Source: an uncultured virus (IMG/VR IMGVR_UViG_3300028920_000028) (taxonomy: Duplodnaviria > Heunggongvirae > Uroviricota > Caudoviricetes). Taken from it: a stretch of DNA of 64,000 bases. The translations under genes were made by a program, and so were the position numbers. Below the pieces are notes generated by a model that had not been told where the DNA came from, made no database searches, and worked only from the letters and a program-made list of their open reading frames with translations. Of the stretch, positions 63,834 through 64,000 are shown in pieces. Where the stretch lies: the IMG/VR virus record IMGVR_UViG_3300028920_000028; one strand, written 5' to 3'. How positions within the stretch are numbered: position 1 is the first letter of the stretch; each line of letters opens with the position of its first letter.

Positions 63834-64000
63834 GGCATCCCCACCCATTCAAAGTCCCCCGTCCCCTCGTCCCACAGCACCGCGTGGCTCCATCCGTACC
63901 CGAGGCCTATGGTCCTGACGCCCCCGTAGTCGTAGACGCCGTAGTAGTGGTGGTGCCCGAACGCGTGCAGCCTCGGCCTCAGCAGCGCCGCGAGCCCGGA
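63830..64000 (-). CDS. Metallophosphoesterase C-terminal fragment (5' end outside window)
   Basis: Manual translation ...LLRPRLHAFGHHHYYGVYDYGGVRTIGLG...; stop overlaps the methyltransferase ATG. Confidence 0.7.
   Translation of the reverse strand, partial: SGLAALLRPRLHAFGHHHYYGVYDYGGVRTIGLGYGWSHAVLWDEGTGDFEWVGMP

Overview
This GC-rich window looks like part of a very large (jumbo) bacteriophage genome. That is an inference from gene content and layout, because no capsid, terminase or polymerase gene falls inside the window. (1) 1-14454, minus strand: two Thr-rich collagen-like genes. One is a giant ORF missing from the supplied track; it starts at 11664, runs off the left edge (>3888 aa), and is built of higher-order modules with two Cys-bracketed globular domains. 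(2) 14.6-33.9 kb: accessory and early region with a HAD-Nudix fusion, split coaC/coaB, a 1026-aa polyvalent protein, a GHKL (MORC-like) ATPase operon, a sigma54-type DUF5320 unit and many small hypotheticals. It has repeated TTTACA-N17/18-TATATT promoters. It also has solitary CRISPR-repeat-like units (two type I-C-like, plus III-A-like and I-G-like neighbours) with no cas genes, next to a very acidic protein, which makes a candidate RNA plus protein anti-CRISPR locus. (3) 33.9-64 kb, minus strand: about 14 glycosyltransferase genes, WecB, a carbamoyltransferase, two sulfotransferase-like proteins, three radical SAM(-like) proteins, methyltransferases and an SGNH esterase. These are interleaved with an M16 peptidase, ART and Tpt1-ART proteins, a dTMP kinase, a nucleoside hydrolase and a lytic transglycosylase. 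The leading hypotheses are a phage-encoded glycosylated giant collagen fibre system and a multi-subtype CRISPR-repeat decoy cassette. All calls come from motif reading by eye; no database searches were run.
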